This document shows, in pieces, positions 9,800 through 22,538 of a stretch of DNA of 45,793 nucleotides. The notes below the pieces were generated by a model. The model worked only from the letters and a program-made list of their open reading frames with translations. It was not told where the DNA came from and made no database searches. Source of the stretch: Eremomyces bilateralis CBS 781.70. Its lineage: Eukaryota. The translations under genes were made by a program, and so were the position numbers. The number at the start of each line of letters is the position of its first letter. The stretch's first letter is position 1. Where the stretch lies: NCBI GenBank assembly GCA_010015585.1, contig ML975152.1; one strand, 5' to 3'.

Positions 9800-12700
9800 C
9801 CGCATCCCTACTCTCTTTTTTTTCTGCTCGTCGGCGGCGTTATTGCGAAACCGAATCTAATAGGATACATCGACCGTATTGGGCCAGGTGGACCTTTGGC
9901 CCAGAGAGAATCTGATCTGGCGAACCGCTTCCGCAGAGATCTAGAGACCAATTCGCTCGAGCCGTTATCTGCCAACAGTCTAACGGCACGCCAGTTTTCG
10001 ACCGTATCTTGCCCGCAGGATGACCTGGAAGTCGATATATCGAACTCCAAGTACTACCAGGTTCTTTGCTACAAAAAGCTTATAGGGACTGACTCCATCC
10101 CGCCCAACGATGGAGAGACGGGGACTACATTGGATGGGTGCATTAGTGGATGTTCGGCTGCTACTGATTGCGTTGCAACCATACAGTACGAGAACATTAA
10201 GGCGATCCTGGATTCAATCCCACCCATTTTCGATGTAGCCAGACTCTCTGTACGAGAAGTCAACGTTACGACCGTCCCAACGTGTCCCGCCGATAATGAC
10301 TCGTTCTATTTTGCAATGGACGACGATCAAGTCCAAATCGCCTGTGGATTCGATATCAATGGGGCCGACCTCTCAATACGGAGCCCTCACGTTTTAGGAA
10401 TGAATTGAATATTTTACTTCCTACCCAGCTAATGATTGCGATGGTGTAGTATTTCTTGGGCTAGACAGTTGTTACGCTAAATACGGCACGACTGCCTTTA
10501 CAGGCGATGGAAGTTCGAGCCAGCAGGGAGCGATAGCGAGGAGAGACCCCACTGACAGGAGCTGACTATCCAATCGATGATGGAGCGACCTTCATTGCAA
10601 CCACTGGAAAAGGATTTGAAGTCATTTGTTACCATCGTCAGCCAGGCGCAGATGCGCCAGAAGGGGCCATGGCGAATGCGGGAACTTCACTCGCTGGCTG
10701 CATTGATCATACGCGATCTTGCCTGGGGGTTGGCAGTTAGGGTATTTTCTTTCTAGGAGGGTAATCTACCGTACATGTCGGCATTTGTCGGGCTATGTTG
10801 ATATGCTTCTAGGACTTGCTACTTCAAAGCCGCCACTAGCATCGAAGGCGTATTCCACACGAACGTAGTGGCCGCGAGGAACCTCCCTCCTACCTCTACA
10901 ACCAGTGCCTCTACGGGAGAGGAGCCTAGTACCTCGACAGCGGAAACCAGTATCTCCGACCCGTCTACTACCACGACAGTAGAGGAGTCCAGTACCTCCG
11001 ATACCTCCAGCATCTCTACCATGGAAGAGACAACCACCTCTAGTAGCACGTCGACCGTCGAAGAGACAACTTCCGACACCAGAACTTAGACCGCAGAGAC
11101 ACTACTTCCGATACTAGCACATCGACCGCGGAGACAACTACTTCCGATACCAGCACGATAACTATAGAAGAGACGACCGCCTCCAGTAGTACCTCCAGCA
11201 CCTCCTCGACTATCGACGAGACATCTACGTCCATCAGCTCCTCAACAGCAGATGAGACCACTACGCTAACTAGGTCCTCGACTTCAGAGGAGGCATCCAC
11301 ATCTAGTACGAGCGCCGGGGACACTACCACGTCTAGTGCCATGTCCTCGACTACAGAAGGGAATACGACGTCTAATATTAGCACCTCAAGCACGGTGGAG
11401 ACGACGACATCTATGAGTAACCCCTTCAGCGTGGAGGAGACGACTATGACGTTGTCTAGTAGCAGCTCCTCGGTTCTGGACGAAACAACTACTTTCAGTA
11501 GCACCTCGAGCGCCGAAGAGACGACTACCTCCAGCGGCAGCTCCTCTATTGTAGAAGAGACTACTACATCTACCAGCATCTCAGGGGTGCCCACCTCGGC
11601 AACATCAACTTCATTCTCAGACACCTTAACCACGGAATCCACATCAACATTCCCCTCCAGCTCCTCCTCATCGAGCCCCCTGTCTCCATCTCCGACGGGA
11701 ATCACATTCCCTAAGGCAAATGTTACCATGGTGACGATGTCCAATTTAAACCAGACGTACATCCTTTATTGTGCTTCAGACAACCCAGGTGCAGCAGATA
11801 CAGGAACACCCTGTATAGGGATATCCTTTATTTCTTGCTTGGAGTATTGTTCCACAATATCAGACTGAATCTGTCGCCTCTGGCTCTAACAATGCAGCAT
11901 CGGGGAACTGCTGTCCAAAGAAGGCCGCAGGGACGTTAATCTTCGCACCAAATATTTGGATCGCACTCCTGCAGGATCTGCCATCCAGCTCAACATCATC
12001 CTCGTCAATAGGAGAGCCAACTTCACCTACATCAAGCACTTCAACCGGTACAATTTCCGCCATCCCTCTAGCGATTCCTCCACAACTGGCTCAGATACCA
12101 TCTCCACTGATTTAAGTAGCTCGTCCTTGTCAGACTCAAGCAGCGGCTCAGATTCATTCCCTTCGACGAGCTCGATTCCGAGCAGTACCTCAACTGAAAG
12201 CTCCTCGAGCTCAATTCCAAGTATCAGCTAGTTCCATCCCCTCAACAAGCCTCGATTTAACCACGTCCGAAACTATTAACGGCAGCAGAGCCTCCAGAGT
12301 CAAGGTCTAGTATTACAGTCAGTAATGCCGAAAGCCTAAATGGATAGTTACAACTGCTAACTAATCATAGATTCCAACGTCAACATTTCCTAGTTCTAAT
12401 TTAATTACCGTTACCACAACTACCCCAGGCTCCGTCATAACGACAACCGTGTTCATCACTACAGGCGCCTCGGTTGTAACATCGATAATAGTAACTAATT
12501 ACCCTATTAGGAACAACAGTGATATCGACGCTACTAGTAACTACCACTGAAATCCTGACTGTTACGTACACCACAGTATCTGGAGGATCCACCACTTTCG
12601 TCACAACAACCAGCATTTCTGCGTAAGTCGCTTCCTAAAAAATAGGTAGAGATCCCAGACCGATGAATCATACAGTGGTCCTACCGCGACAGCAACGACG

Positions 12701-13076
12701 TTTGGAGTGAGCACGATAAGTCTTCTCTGCTTTCAAATTCTAACAGTAGCATTCGCAAACTAATATTCTCGTCCATTGTTATCTAGAAGGGACAGGCACT
12801 GTCTGTGTACCACTGGCCACGCCGTCATCAACCAGCTCAGATACGCTATCATCGTCAACCGGCTCGAACACGGTATCAACGTCATCAACCAGCTCGGATA
12901 CGGTATCGCCGACCTTCACCAGCTCGGACACGACATTGTTGTTGTCAAGCAGCTTGATCTGGACATCACCCAACCACACCAGGTCGACTAATACAGTGAC
13001 TGTTTCCTCCACTCAAACCGGTTGCCGCACAAGTACACGAAGTATTATAACTATCACCCCCTTTCCGAGCATATGA
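9800..13076 (+). pseudogene. Disrupted secreted/cell-surface protein gene with Cys-containing PAN/apple-like modules and long Ser/Thr-rich repeats
   Basis: Fragments with CISGCSAATDCVA, TCPADNDSFYF...IACGFDINGADL and YILYCASDNPGAADT...CLEYCSTISD flank (S/T)-rich EETTTSSS repeats. Lesions include TAG at 11087-11089, a 1-nt deletion near 11101 relative to neighbouring repeat units, TGA at 11866-11868 and further frame breaks. Boundaries approximate. Confidence 0.7.
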
Positions 13077-14982
13077 GGGCTAAATGCATTGAGTTCAAAG
13101 TTCATCTTGTTGGACCATTGTGTTTCTATTTTAGGCCCGGAAGCCGCCGGATTTCTGCGATTCATTTTCCCCTTTGATCTTGTTGCGAAATCTAATAGTG
13201 GATAGTCGGATTGAGGCACACGCTTGGAAACGATCTAATTGAGGGAATAGCATATTTAGATTGCTAATGAAACAAATCCATGAGGTAAATCCGCCATCCT
13301 GACCTTCGATCATCCGGAATTCTGGAAGGAATGTGGTTGTAAAGATCCATCGACTTGGGCCACTGCACGATTCTGCACACTTGTTATTCCGTTCGACAAC
13401 ATAAAATGGCCCCAAAGATCATAAATAGTTCCAAAGGCATCATAATGCGGCTAGGAGGAATGTGTAACCCCGCTTAAAGAAAGGGATTTCTCTTTGATCC
13501 TTCTCTGGCCAGGGGTTCAGGAGTAAAATGACCCAGGTCCATCACGGCAGCTTTTCATTCGGCCAATCCCGCAGTGCATGTCCTTTTTTTATATAATTTT
13601 TATATAACTAGTTAGAATAAGTGTTATGGTCCCAGGCCACAGGCCTGGGACTTTGAGTATGGCTGACGCCACAGGGATGTGGCTACGGTAGTGGATGGCA
13701 TCAAGGAGATAGTCATGTAGGAGCTATGTTGAGGAGCTATGTTAGGGTAGTAGAGAGAAGAGTCGATATCTCGCGCGCAGAGGCGCTAGGAGATTTCTTC
13801 CTTCTCTCTCTTCAGTTTAGATCAACGAAACTTGGTAATCGCAGATCTTGCGCATCCAGACCGTGTCAATAAGAGCCCCTTGGTCCGCTCCGCTAGGCTA
13901 TTACTATAGAGACTTTGCTCGTTGCTTGCAAGACAAACAAAGGGGTCACTCTACCACACGGCACACTGGAATATTCAATTGCATGGGTAGGGAAGAATTA
14001 CAGGATATTTTCGCCATTGACAAAGGATCACTTGATTTCAAGAGGACGCGTTTCGATAGCGCAGCACATGATCTCCTGACAGTTCCATTGCCGAACTGAT
14101 TGATGACAGCATTCAATACTAGCTAGTATCAGTCGCTTCCCGATTATCCCGAAGCATATCGTATTTGGTTCCAACACCCTGCGTCTACCCGGTGGCTCAT
14201 GGCTGCCACTGGCAAAGTACTTGGGTGTTATGCAGCCCCATTCATAAATGACAAACGCCGCCTCGTGTTGACTACCCAGATTCCTGGAGTCGACCGTTAG
14301 TAGAAAATTCTTGATCTTGGCATTGCGAAAGAATGAGGCAAGGTCGCGATGGCAATTTCATTTCATTATTGGGGCAGATGGAAGCCTCCAATTGGCGAGA
14401 GACAGTGAGACAGTGAGAGTGACTGGCATCGTATTTCCTGAGCTCCGCATTGTCGATTGCCTTCAGAATTCGATCGGATCTAATAGTAGAGATCTAGAGA
14501 TGCAAGTACTACCCACTTCTGGTCTGCTGGATAGGTAAGAACTAAAAAGAAAAAAAGCAACAAAGCTACACAGCATTCCCGCGCCCCCCACCTCCACAAT
14601 ATGAACTCCTGCATTGACCACATGTATATTGCAGTGCCAGACTTGCACAGATCCGTCAAGTGGCTTGCAAACCCGAGATAATACCCTTGTTCATAAGTGA
14701 ACTTTTACCCTCCATCAAAGTCATGATGCCAACGTCTTTCATCGTCCTCAAACTTTTCGACATGAGTTTCGAACATCTGAGAGTGAAGAGCGGGAACAGA
14801 TATCCCAGTATACATGCGCCCTGAATGCTCCCTAGCAGGATTCTAATGCAAATCCGCTCCCTAGCAGAAGCTTGATGCAAGTCTACTCCCTAGAAGGAGC
14901 AGAGGGTATCAATGTCTTTGAGTTCGCCCAATGAAACCAGAAAAACAATTACTCCCAACGTCGTAGCTCATATTCCCAGGCA

Positions 14983-16171
14983 TCAGTTGCTGTGGGCTTG
15001 ACTCATCGTGGCGCCATGTGCAATCAGAGGCATCGTGACAGTTTCGTCACGGTCCAAGTGGATTTCGAGCGTCCTCCCCTTGAACTCGGATTTCTGGAGT
15101 GCCGCCACTGCAGCATCTGCTTGGCCTCCAAAATCAAACAACGCCGTGGCAGTCAGCTTGAATCGTCCTTTTGTGGAGGGATTGCGACGAACGACGCATT
15201 TGTTAACCGTGCCAAAAGGTCGGAGGAGTCGCTCAATGTCAGCCTTGCTGACAGAGAAGTGCAAATTCGACAAGAAGACGCCGCGACACTCGGTTCGGAC
15301 AACTCCTTTAACAACATTGACCGGAATGCCATTCGAAGTGGTATATATGGGGTAGTTGGATCTCGAGGACGACGGAGGTGTGATGTTGGTCGTATACGGG
15401 TTGGTCGAAGCAGCCTCTGGAACAAATACTGGCACGGAATAGACGGGCACAGAATTTCTTTGCGCTGGGGCGTACACCACAGCAGCTGGAATAGGTACCC
15501 CAACCATATCGTTCACCGAACAAGTCGATGTAGCCGGAGAGGAGGACACAGAGGTAATGTCTGAACCAAGCGAGACACTAGAACTGTTGGCAAGGGACAT
15601 GCTTCCCGGTGGGACGGAGGCGGATGGACTCCACATGCAGGTCCCAGGGAGACAATTGCACTTGTGCCCTGGAGGAGAGAGTCCGCGATGAGGACAAGAT
15701 GCGAAAGGGTAACAGTTGCACTGGAGGAGTTGCGGGGGAGCCCCGCTCGTGTCGAAGTGATGAACACTGAGGGGTCGACCGCCACGGCTCCTTTTAGTGA
15801 ACCCAGCTATAACTTGGTTAGCATTCGCCTGGCTGAAATCAGTGCAGACCATTCATGGATGACCATCTAAGTCAGGTTCAACTTACCGTACACCACTTTA
15901 GCATCTTTTACTGAAGTCAGTGAAATGTATCCTCCACAACCCTTTTGGACAGTCCAGCCGGGAATGGAGTGAGGCAACATCGTCCGGACGTTGTCTTTCA
16001 AGAGCCTGAAATCGAAACTCCGGGGAAGCTAAGATCGTTATATTAGTTGAGCGATCCAAAGAGAGCGACGATGAAAGTGAATGCTGGTATCCGTACTCCT
16101 TTGATGACGATGAGTTGCGTTCCTGTCTCTGAACGCGTGGCGCCATGGCCGGTGTGAGCTCTGGGGGCCAT
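14983..16171 (-). CDS. RNA-binding protein with a divergent N-terminal RRM and a C-terminal RRM, 3 exons
   Basis: Exons 16171-16097, 16028-15887, 15806-14983 join in frame: QLIVIKG-LPRSFDFRLLKDNVR...PGWT...GYISL...DAKVVY-AGF. C-terminal GVFLSNLHFSVSKADIERLL...ATALF...ADAAVAALQKSEFKGRTLEIHLDRD. Confidence 0.8.
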
Positions 16172-17816
16172 GTTCGATGTGTATAGGTGACCAAGTTGAT
16201 TAGCGACAAATCCACAGACTGAAGGGAATCAAAGGTCTCTTCTACGGAGACGGAGTGAGCGTCCTATCCTATATACTTATCCGCCATCATTGTAGATAGG
16301 GCAGTCATATAACTTTGGCCTTTGCAGTTTGCTCCCTAAAGACAGGGCTGCTACTAGGCGTGTCCATTTTTACCTCTGTATTAAAGCCACATTCGATGTG
16401 ATATGTCGCTCTGAAGGCTTCCATGGATCCCATTGGACATTATCCATGGTCAATAGAGTCAAGAATGATGAGCGTCTAAGCGAAGTCGATCTCAGTATCC
16501 GGAGCCCCTTCCAGGAACTCCAAAGCGGGCACAGACTATTAGTCCTGTAGGGGATACTCAATAAGGATCGGACCCTCGTCAGTCGCCAGTGCGTCGCCCT
16601 TCCTTCCGCCTTCCGCCTTGTGTGCTTTATGCCTCCATCTCGCAAATCGAGTGATCGACGCCATAGAGAACTTGGTGACGTGCAGTAAACGACCCGGGCA
16701 CGGCGGACAGGGACGTCGCCATAATCCTGAGATTACATGATTGGCGGGGGGATGCGGGCCGCGCGCTGTGACCTGGACGGCTGGACGCCACAAGTTGTCC
16801 AACAGCCGTGGGCCGGAGCGTCGTCTCCACCCACACTCAGACACTCTCGACCGTTTGGCAACGGTCTATTCACGTTAGACGTTAAGTGCCCTGAAAGCCT
16901 CGAACCCAATGAAGCCTGAAGGCCATGTGCTGCCACAAGATTGATCATCTCGACACTGAACCTGGGTTCGGTCCAGGCTGTCTAGCATATATAATGTCAC
17001 ATAACAGGCTCGGTCCCTACGAACTCGCCACTTGGACGCTCGCATCTGGCAGGTCTGTCACCTTCGTCAAATATGAACTTTGCTTGATGCTCTCGATCGA
17101 GGATTCCAACAAGCTCGCATGGATGGTGGGTCTCTATCCGGCGGCTGCGACTTGCATTGGGCAGTGGTGCCGCAGTTCTGCTTGGCAAGGTGCTCCAGTT
17201 AGTAGAATGAGCTGCTTTGCCATACGTAGTAAATGCCACATGTCTCTTATTGACGGGAAAGCCCGAATTAGGCAAATCCTCCGCGACCTGGTTCCAACGG
17301 ATTAACCTCTGGCGCTGGAAGTCATGGTGTTGACGTGCATGGAGCCGGCAAAGAGACGCCACACCCTAACTTGGCGTTTTGCGTCAACAAAGCAGTCTGC
17401 CGTTGGTACTTGGTAGCCCCCTGGAGATTGTTCAGACCAAAGCAATGTCAGAAGTGAGGAGAGGTACGTTACTAAAGTAAGCCATCACTGGTATCTATCA
17501 CAGTATCGAATAGCGACCTTGCTTCCGCGGGTAAATCCCTTGCTGAGTTTGGAAGAAGAACAGTATGGGTTGAAGTCATCCGGTCCAGAAATAGTGATCT
17601 CGAATTCAGAGAGAAAACCAAAGTCCTGTGTGTATTTGCTTCCTACATTTTCAGTTGCACGACATATGGCATCGGCTCCTCGCATCAGGCTCCAAAGGCA
17701 CCCTTCCTTGCCAATTTGAAATCATTCTATCGCTGTCTTTGGCTTTCTACTCATCTCCATCCCGCGCGGCCCTAGACTCGGATGTGGACTTGCAGGCCGT
17801 GACTCTGCGGCGGAGG

Positions 17817-18647
17817 TCATTGCTGCTCATGGCCAGGTCTGCCACAGTACGAGCAGGACGAGGCCGTGGCGATATCGACTTCTGGACACGCCTTGGCGGC
17901 CGAAGAAGGTAACATCCTCGCTGTTTCAGCGGGAGTCGATGGTGCTGTTGCCACTAATTTTGAAGTCTGGCCTCTGTAGTTTCGAAGATTGTTGGCCGGT
18001 AGGATACACTCCTTGACATCTGTCCCGTTCTGCGCTTTTGGGACTCGTTCTAGAAACTTGGACGTATTCCTCGTCTCGGTGCGTGGGTTGGATGGATTTT
18101 CCATTTGTCGGAACTTCTGGCTTCGATGATCGAAAACCCACTGATCGTACGGCCCAGAAATTGCGACGCCGTCTGCGTCCCAAGCACATACCCAGCTTTT
18201 CTCGTCATCAAGCCTGAAAAAAATTGCACGCTCATATTTCTTTATGTTGGCATTTTGACTGTCTGTTTCGGAGTTCTTCCTCTTGAACAGCGATGATTCA
18301 CTGTTCATCGTGGTTGCGCTGTTTAGCCGCTTCATTTTTGGGAGATCATCTTCATGAATGACCCCTTCCTTCTTGCGACTCTCGTAATCCTCTTTGAACA
18401 AATAGCGACGCAGAATCAAGGATAGGACAACGGGCTTTGGACACGGTAACTCTTCCCCACGATCGGAATCCCGTGCCAAAAGCTGCCAGCCTTTTCCAGC
18501 TTCATATACATATAATCCTGGCTCAGGATTGTTCCAATGCTCGATGGTTCGCCTCCCAAAGCCGGGCCTGCCGGAAAACCACTCGGAGGCATTAAAGAGG
18601 GCTCGAGTGACCAAGTACAAATTTGGAGCCATGTTGAACGAAGACAC
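17817..18647 (-). CDS. Hypothetical fungal protein (276 aa)
   Basis: Uninterrupted ORF with a globular-looking, Trp/Gly-rich N-terminal part (EHWNNPEPGLYVYEAGKGWQL; FFRLDDEKSWVCAWDADG...GPYDQW). No family recognised; the 3' end could be spliced differently. Confidence 0.6.
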   Translation of the reverse strand: MSSFNMAPNLYLVTRALFNASEWFSGRPGFGRRTIEHWNNPEPGLYVYEAGKGWQLLARDSDRGEELPCPKPVVLSLILRRYLFKEDYESRKKEGVIHEDDLPKMKRLNSATTMNSESSLFKRKNSETDSQNANIKKYERAIFFRLDDEKSWVCAWDADGVAISGPYDQWVFDHRSQKFRQMENPSNPRTETRNTSKFLERVPKAQNGTDVKECILPANNLRNYRGQTSKLVATAPSTPAETARMLPSSAAKACPEVDIATASSCSYCGRPGHEQQ

Positions 18648-20080
18648 AATGAGGGAGCAGAGGCGACAAAAGTTTACTGGAAAGCTTCAATCAGCAAATC
18701 GTCCCCAGTGCTTGGATCAGTTTTCAAAGACTCGATGGTTTCTGCGGTAAGGAACCAGAGGCTCGGGACGACTCGTCATGTAGTTTCCGGGAAAATTGGA
18801 AACATAGGACAATGATCCGAAACGAATTGCAACTCACGATGGAAGAGTGAGGCTCTGATCACGCTGCCATAATAGATTGTCAGATTCAGTCTATGCAGTG
18901 TAATGTCAGCTTGATCTTGGGATTATACACTACAGGACAGTGGAACAGGGATGGACTGAATAGTTCTCGCCCGACGTACATGTAATGATGAGACGATGCC
19001 AAGAATATCAATTTGAACCTGTACTTCCGCAGCGAGTGCTAAAACGCTCGACGTAATTGACCACAATGGAAGAAAAGATAGCGAAACGTAGGGCGAGTAT
19101 TTCGAATCCGTACAATTGCGAGGAGGCCGGGGGCATTTTGAGTTTGCCGGGAACTGGACACAGCGATAACGGCCATATCTTTTTTATATTTCCTACATGG
19201 CAGCTCTTGCAGCTTTTTGCGAGAGATCTCCGAGCGCCAAAGTGCGCTCCCATGCTGTGGTGTCTTGGGTCCTATCAGCTCCTCAACTCCAAGTTGCAAT
19301 GTAAAATGATTCTTAACCAATAATATGCCAATCTTCACCCTCGTGCAGCACTGATAAGAGTTCATTATCATCCTCCTTGCCAAGCACTGCTCGAATAGTA
19401 CATATCTGCTGTGGTGGTCTTCCAAATCCATGGCTTCGGTGCAGCAACACCGCTGTCGCCCAGAGGATCTGCTTACTACGCCCAGGTGGGTAGATAATTA
19501 GTAATTAGGTATAGCGGTGTGAACCTCCTCGCCAAAAGCGTACCAGTATCCGAATCAGCTTAGGATCATCCGGAACGCCTAGCCATTGTTCGGTAATTTG
19601 AAGTCGGCCTTCAGATGCAGTCTATTGTGGCCAGCGAAGAGTTGCCCGTGAATGCGGTTGAGGTTCACACGCATTTTGCTCGAGCTGGGATCATTATCAA
19701 GTTGGTCAAGCAGCGAACGGTCCGGGAATTGTAATCGTTTCAAACGAGAAGCTACTGGTAGGGTACTCATGAAATGCCGTGTTCCCTTTGGAGGGTGCTA
19801 GGTTGGTTTGCTGCTATCAAGTGTCGTCCTAGGATACTGGAGTCATTAGCATGCATATAATAATATCTCAATGCACTGTCCACACAGCAGACCACATATT
19901 CACTCAGCGTGTAGCAACAAAGTAGTTTGGAAATCTGATTGAATTTTGACCCAACAAACTCCATGATGGCTGCACTGAAGGATCCGATTCATGTTATGCA
20001 CATGCCATAAGCGATGCACCCGGGAACGGTTTGACCCTCGAAAGTAGGTCCATTTTTGCTCATCGATACAACATCCACAA

Positions 20081-20813
20081 CTACGATTCGGTCGTCACCT
20101 TCGCCTTGCCGTTCGTCACCTTCACACCAAGTTGTCGCGCGCGGGCAACAATGTCCACTCGCTTCCTTGCCGACACAGCATGTCCGATCCTGGGATAAGT
20201 CAGCGACAACCATACGTTTGCGGGGGTTGACTGGTGAGATAGTTTCAACGTACTCTGCGGCGTAGGTGCGGTTGTGCATGAGGAGGAGCTCGACGTCGTT
20301 GGTGTTCTTGACGAGGAAGGCCTTGTGGCCCGAGGGCGTCATGTGGCGGGTCTTCTTGTTGGAGCCATAGCCGATCTAATTGTATAGCGAATGTGAGCAA
20401 TCGATTCAAATGATCCCACGCCACGGAAACGTTGGGCGCTGAAGGACCCAGTTTGGTCCGCGGATTGATGCTCACCTTTGGCATGGCAGCCTGGCCCTTG
20501 AACCTTCTTCGCACTCGGTTGTCGATTCCCTTTGGTTTCCTCCAGCTGGGATCGACACGCATGAAGCGGTCGCTCTGGTGGCGGTTGAAGCGCGCATTGT
20601 CTACAAGTCACGATGTCTTAGCCAAATTTCCAAGCCACACCATTTCCATAACGATCGATATTCATCGAGATGATCGGATTGAAGGCGTAAATGCAGAATA
20701 TTGTGCTCTCTCGCTTTCGCGGGGAACTTCGGGTCATTGGGTAGAGGTTCGGACGATGAGTTGGGAGACATACGCTTCTTGACGATCGGGACGTGTTTCT
20801 TTGCGGCGACCAT
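20081..20813 (-). CDS. RPL32: 60S ribosomal protein L32 (eL32), 4 coding exons
   Basis: Exons 20813-20774, 20600-20476, 20375-20254, 20189-20081 give [13 protein letters not shown]...[51 protein letters not shown]...[48 protein letters not shown]. Confidence 0.97.
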
Positions 20814-20881
20814 CTATAAAAACGTGAGCAGAGTACTCTAACGGCTGATAAACAGCGATTAGAATGCGGGAAGAGACATAC
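20814..20881 (-). other. 5'-UTR intron whose acceptor AG directly precedes the RPL32 ATG
   Basis: AAG|GTATGT donor at 20881 and TTTTATAG|ATG acceptor at 20814. Confidence 0.7.
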
Positions 20882-21432
20882 CTTGAATTGCTGCTGACGT
20901 CGCGGTCAATGTACGGATTTGGGGATTGATGGTGCAGTGTACACTTTGTGAAGTTGCAAAATTGCAGGTTGATAGTGGACGGGAAAACACTAAGCCGAAT
21001 TAGGCGGGTAAAGCGAGCAGCCACGCACCCACACAGCCACATAAATGTGGCGCAGCATAATTAAGGTCACGTGCATAATACCGCATTCAATAGACAGAAC
21101 CAGTTCACTAATTACAGTTCCTCCATACTGTTGTGGCATCAGTGGTAGCTACTTACTGGACCCTTCTGCCAAACTGCCAATGTCAATTGGAGTGACACCG
21201 AGACTGATTGCGTGCTACAAATGGAACCAGCCACCTGATCCTACTCATTCTCCATGGAGCTCCCGTCATGATTACGGGCTAATACCGCGCCCTATGAGCG
21301 AGGCTCCCCCAAATCATACGGCAAGAGGGAACTCCTGAAAGCTGGCCGTCATTCCATCGTTGCTTGCCCAGCCGACTCCGCGAGCAATATACTAATACCG
21401 TATCTGAGATTTTATTCCCTCAATACACAATC

Positions 21433-22460
21433 ATGGCCGGAGAAACCGTAGCGACAGCGCTTGCAAAGGCCATAGGCAGGCCAGCTTTCATTTATGGCAC
21501 AGCGTGGAAGAAGGCCGAGACGACGAGATTGGTCCAAGAAGCCCTCGCCTCGGGCTTCACAGCTGTCGATACCGCTGCTCAGCCGAAACACTATCGGGAA
21601 GACCTCGTGGGAAAGGCGTTGAGGAACTCCTTCGAGTCCGACATTATCAGTAGAGAGAGGCTTTTCGTATGTGCAATGATCGAGCGCCTGGTACACAGGC
21701 GGGACACCCAGCCCGACACTAATAGAGGCGACAACTCAGTTTCGCGCTAACTATTTATGAATAGTTACAGACGAAATTCACCGCACCTGGCGGACAATCC
21801 CTCTCGAACATACCGTACAACCCAGATGATGAACTCCAGGTTCAGATCGAGACCAGCGTGAAATCGTCTTTCAGGAACCTTCGCCCACGAGAAGAGACCG
21901 AGTCGGAAAACGAAACATATATTGATTGCTTGCTCTTGCACTCCCCGCTGGACACTCTCGAAAGCACCGTACAAGCGTGGAAGGTATTGGAATCGTACGT
22001 CCCCAAGCGGATTAGGCATCTCGGCATATCGAATGTCGACTTGCAGATACTGCAGGGGCTCTACGATAGTGTCGAGATCAAACCGGCAGTTGTGCAGAAC
22101 CGGTTTATTCCGATGACGGGCTACGATGTGGAGCTTCGCGAATTTTGTGCAGATAAGGGCATCATGTACGAGTCTTTCTGGACCTTGACTGGCAATCCGA
22201 ATCTACTCCGGCTTGAATCTGTACAAGATCTAGCAGCGAAGGTCAGAGTGGCCCCTGAAGTCGGTTGTTACGCCCTAGTTATGGCACTCGGCATTACAAC
22301 CTTGAACGGAACTACCTCGACAGAACACATGAAGGACGATCTCGCTGGGGTTCTCAAGGTGCAAGAATGGGCAAGCGAACATCCAGAGGAGTGGCAGAAG
22401 GCTAAAGATTCCTTCCGTACTTTTATTGGAGCTATGTCAAAGATTGACACATTAGGGTAA
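21433..22460 (+). CDS. Aldo-keto reductase, 2 exons
   Basis: YGTAWKK, GFTAVDTAAQPKHYREDLVG, RERLF-LQTKFT (intron 21667-21764), YIDCLLLHSP, LGISN, PAVVQNRF, YESFWTLTGNP, LNGTT. Confidence 0.9.
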
Positions 22461-22538
22461 TTACACGCGCCTGGTTATACGACTGACTGTCCCGTTCAAG
22501 TGCAGATGTAAAAGTATAATATGCCCATATATCGTAAC

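Noticed and set aside
11040..11762. 240-aa Val/Glu/Leu-rich minus-strand ORF
   Set aside because: Antisense shadow of the Ser/Thr repeat coding sequence.
16300..17750. Multiple short overlapping ORFs
   Set aside because: No motif or splice support; more likely the long upstream region of the RRM gene.
18986..19060. ATGATGA C-box-like motif suggesting a C/D snoRNA
   Set aside because: No CTGA D box at a suitable distance and no terminal stem.
21066..21073. GTCACGTG in the RPL32/AKR divergent promoter
   Set aside because: Plausible Cbf1-type site but a single 8-mer is too weak without conservation data.
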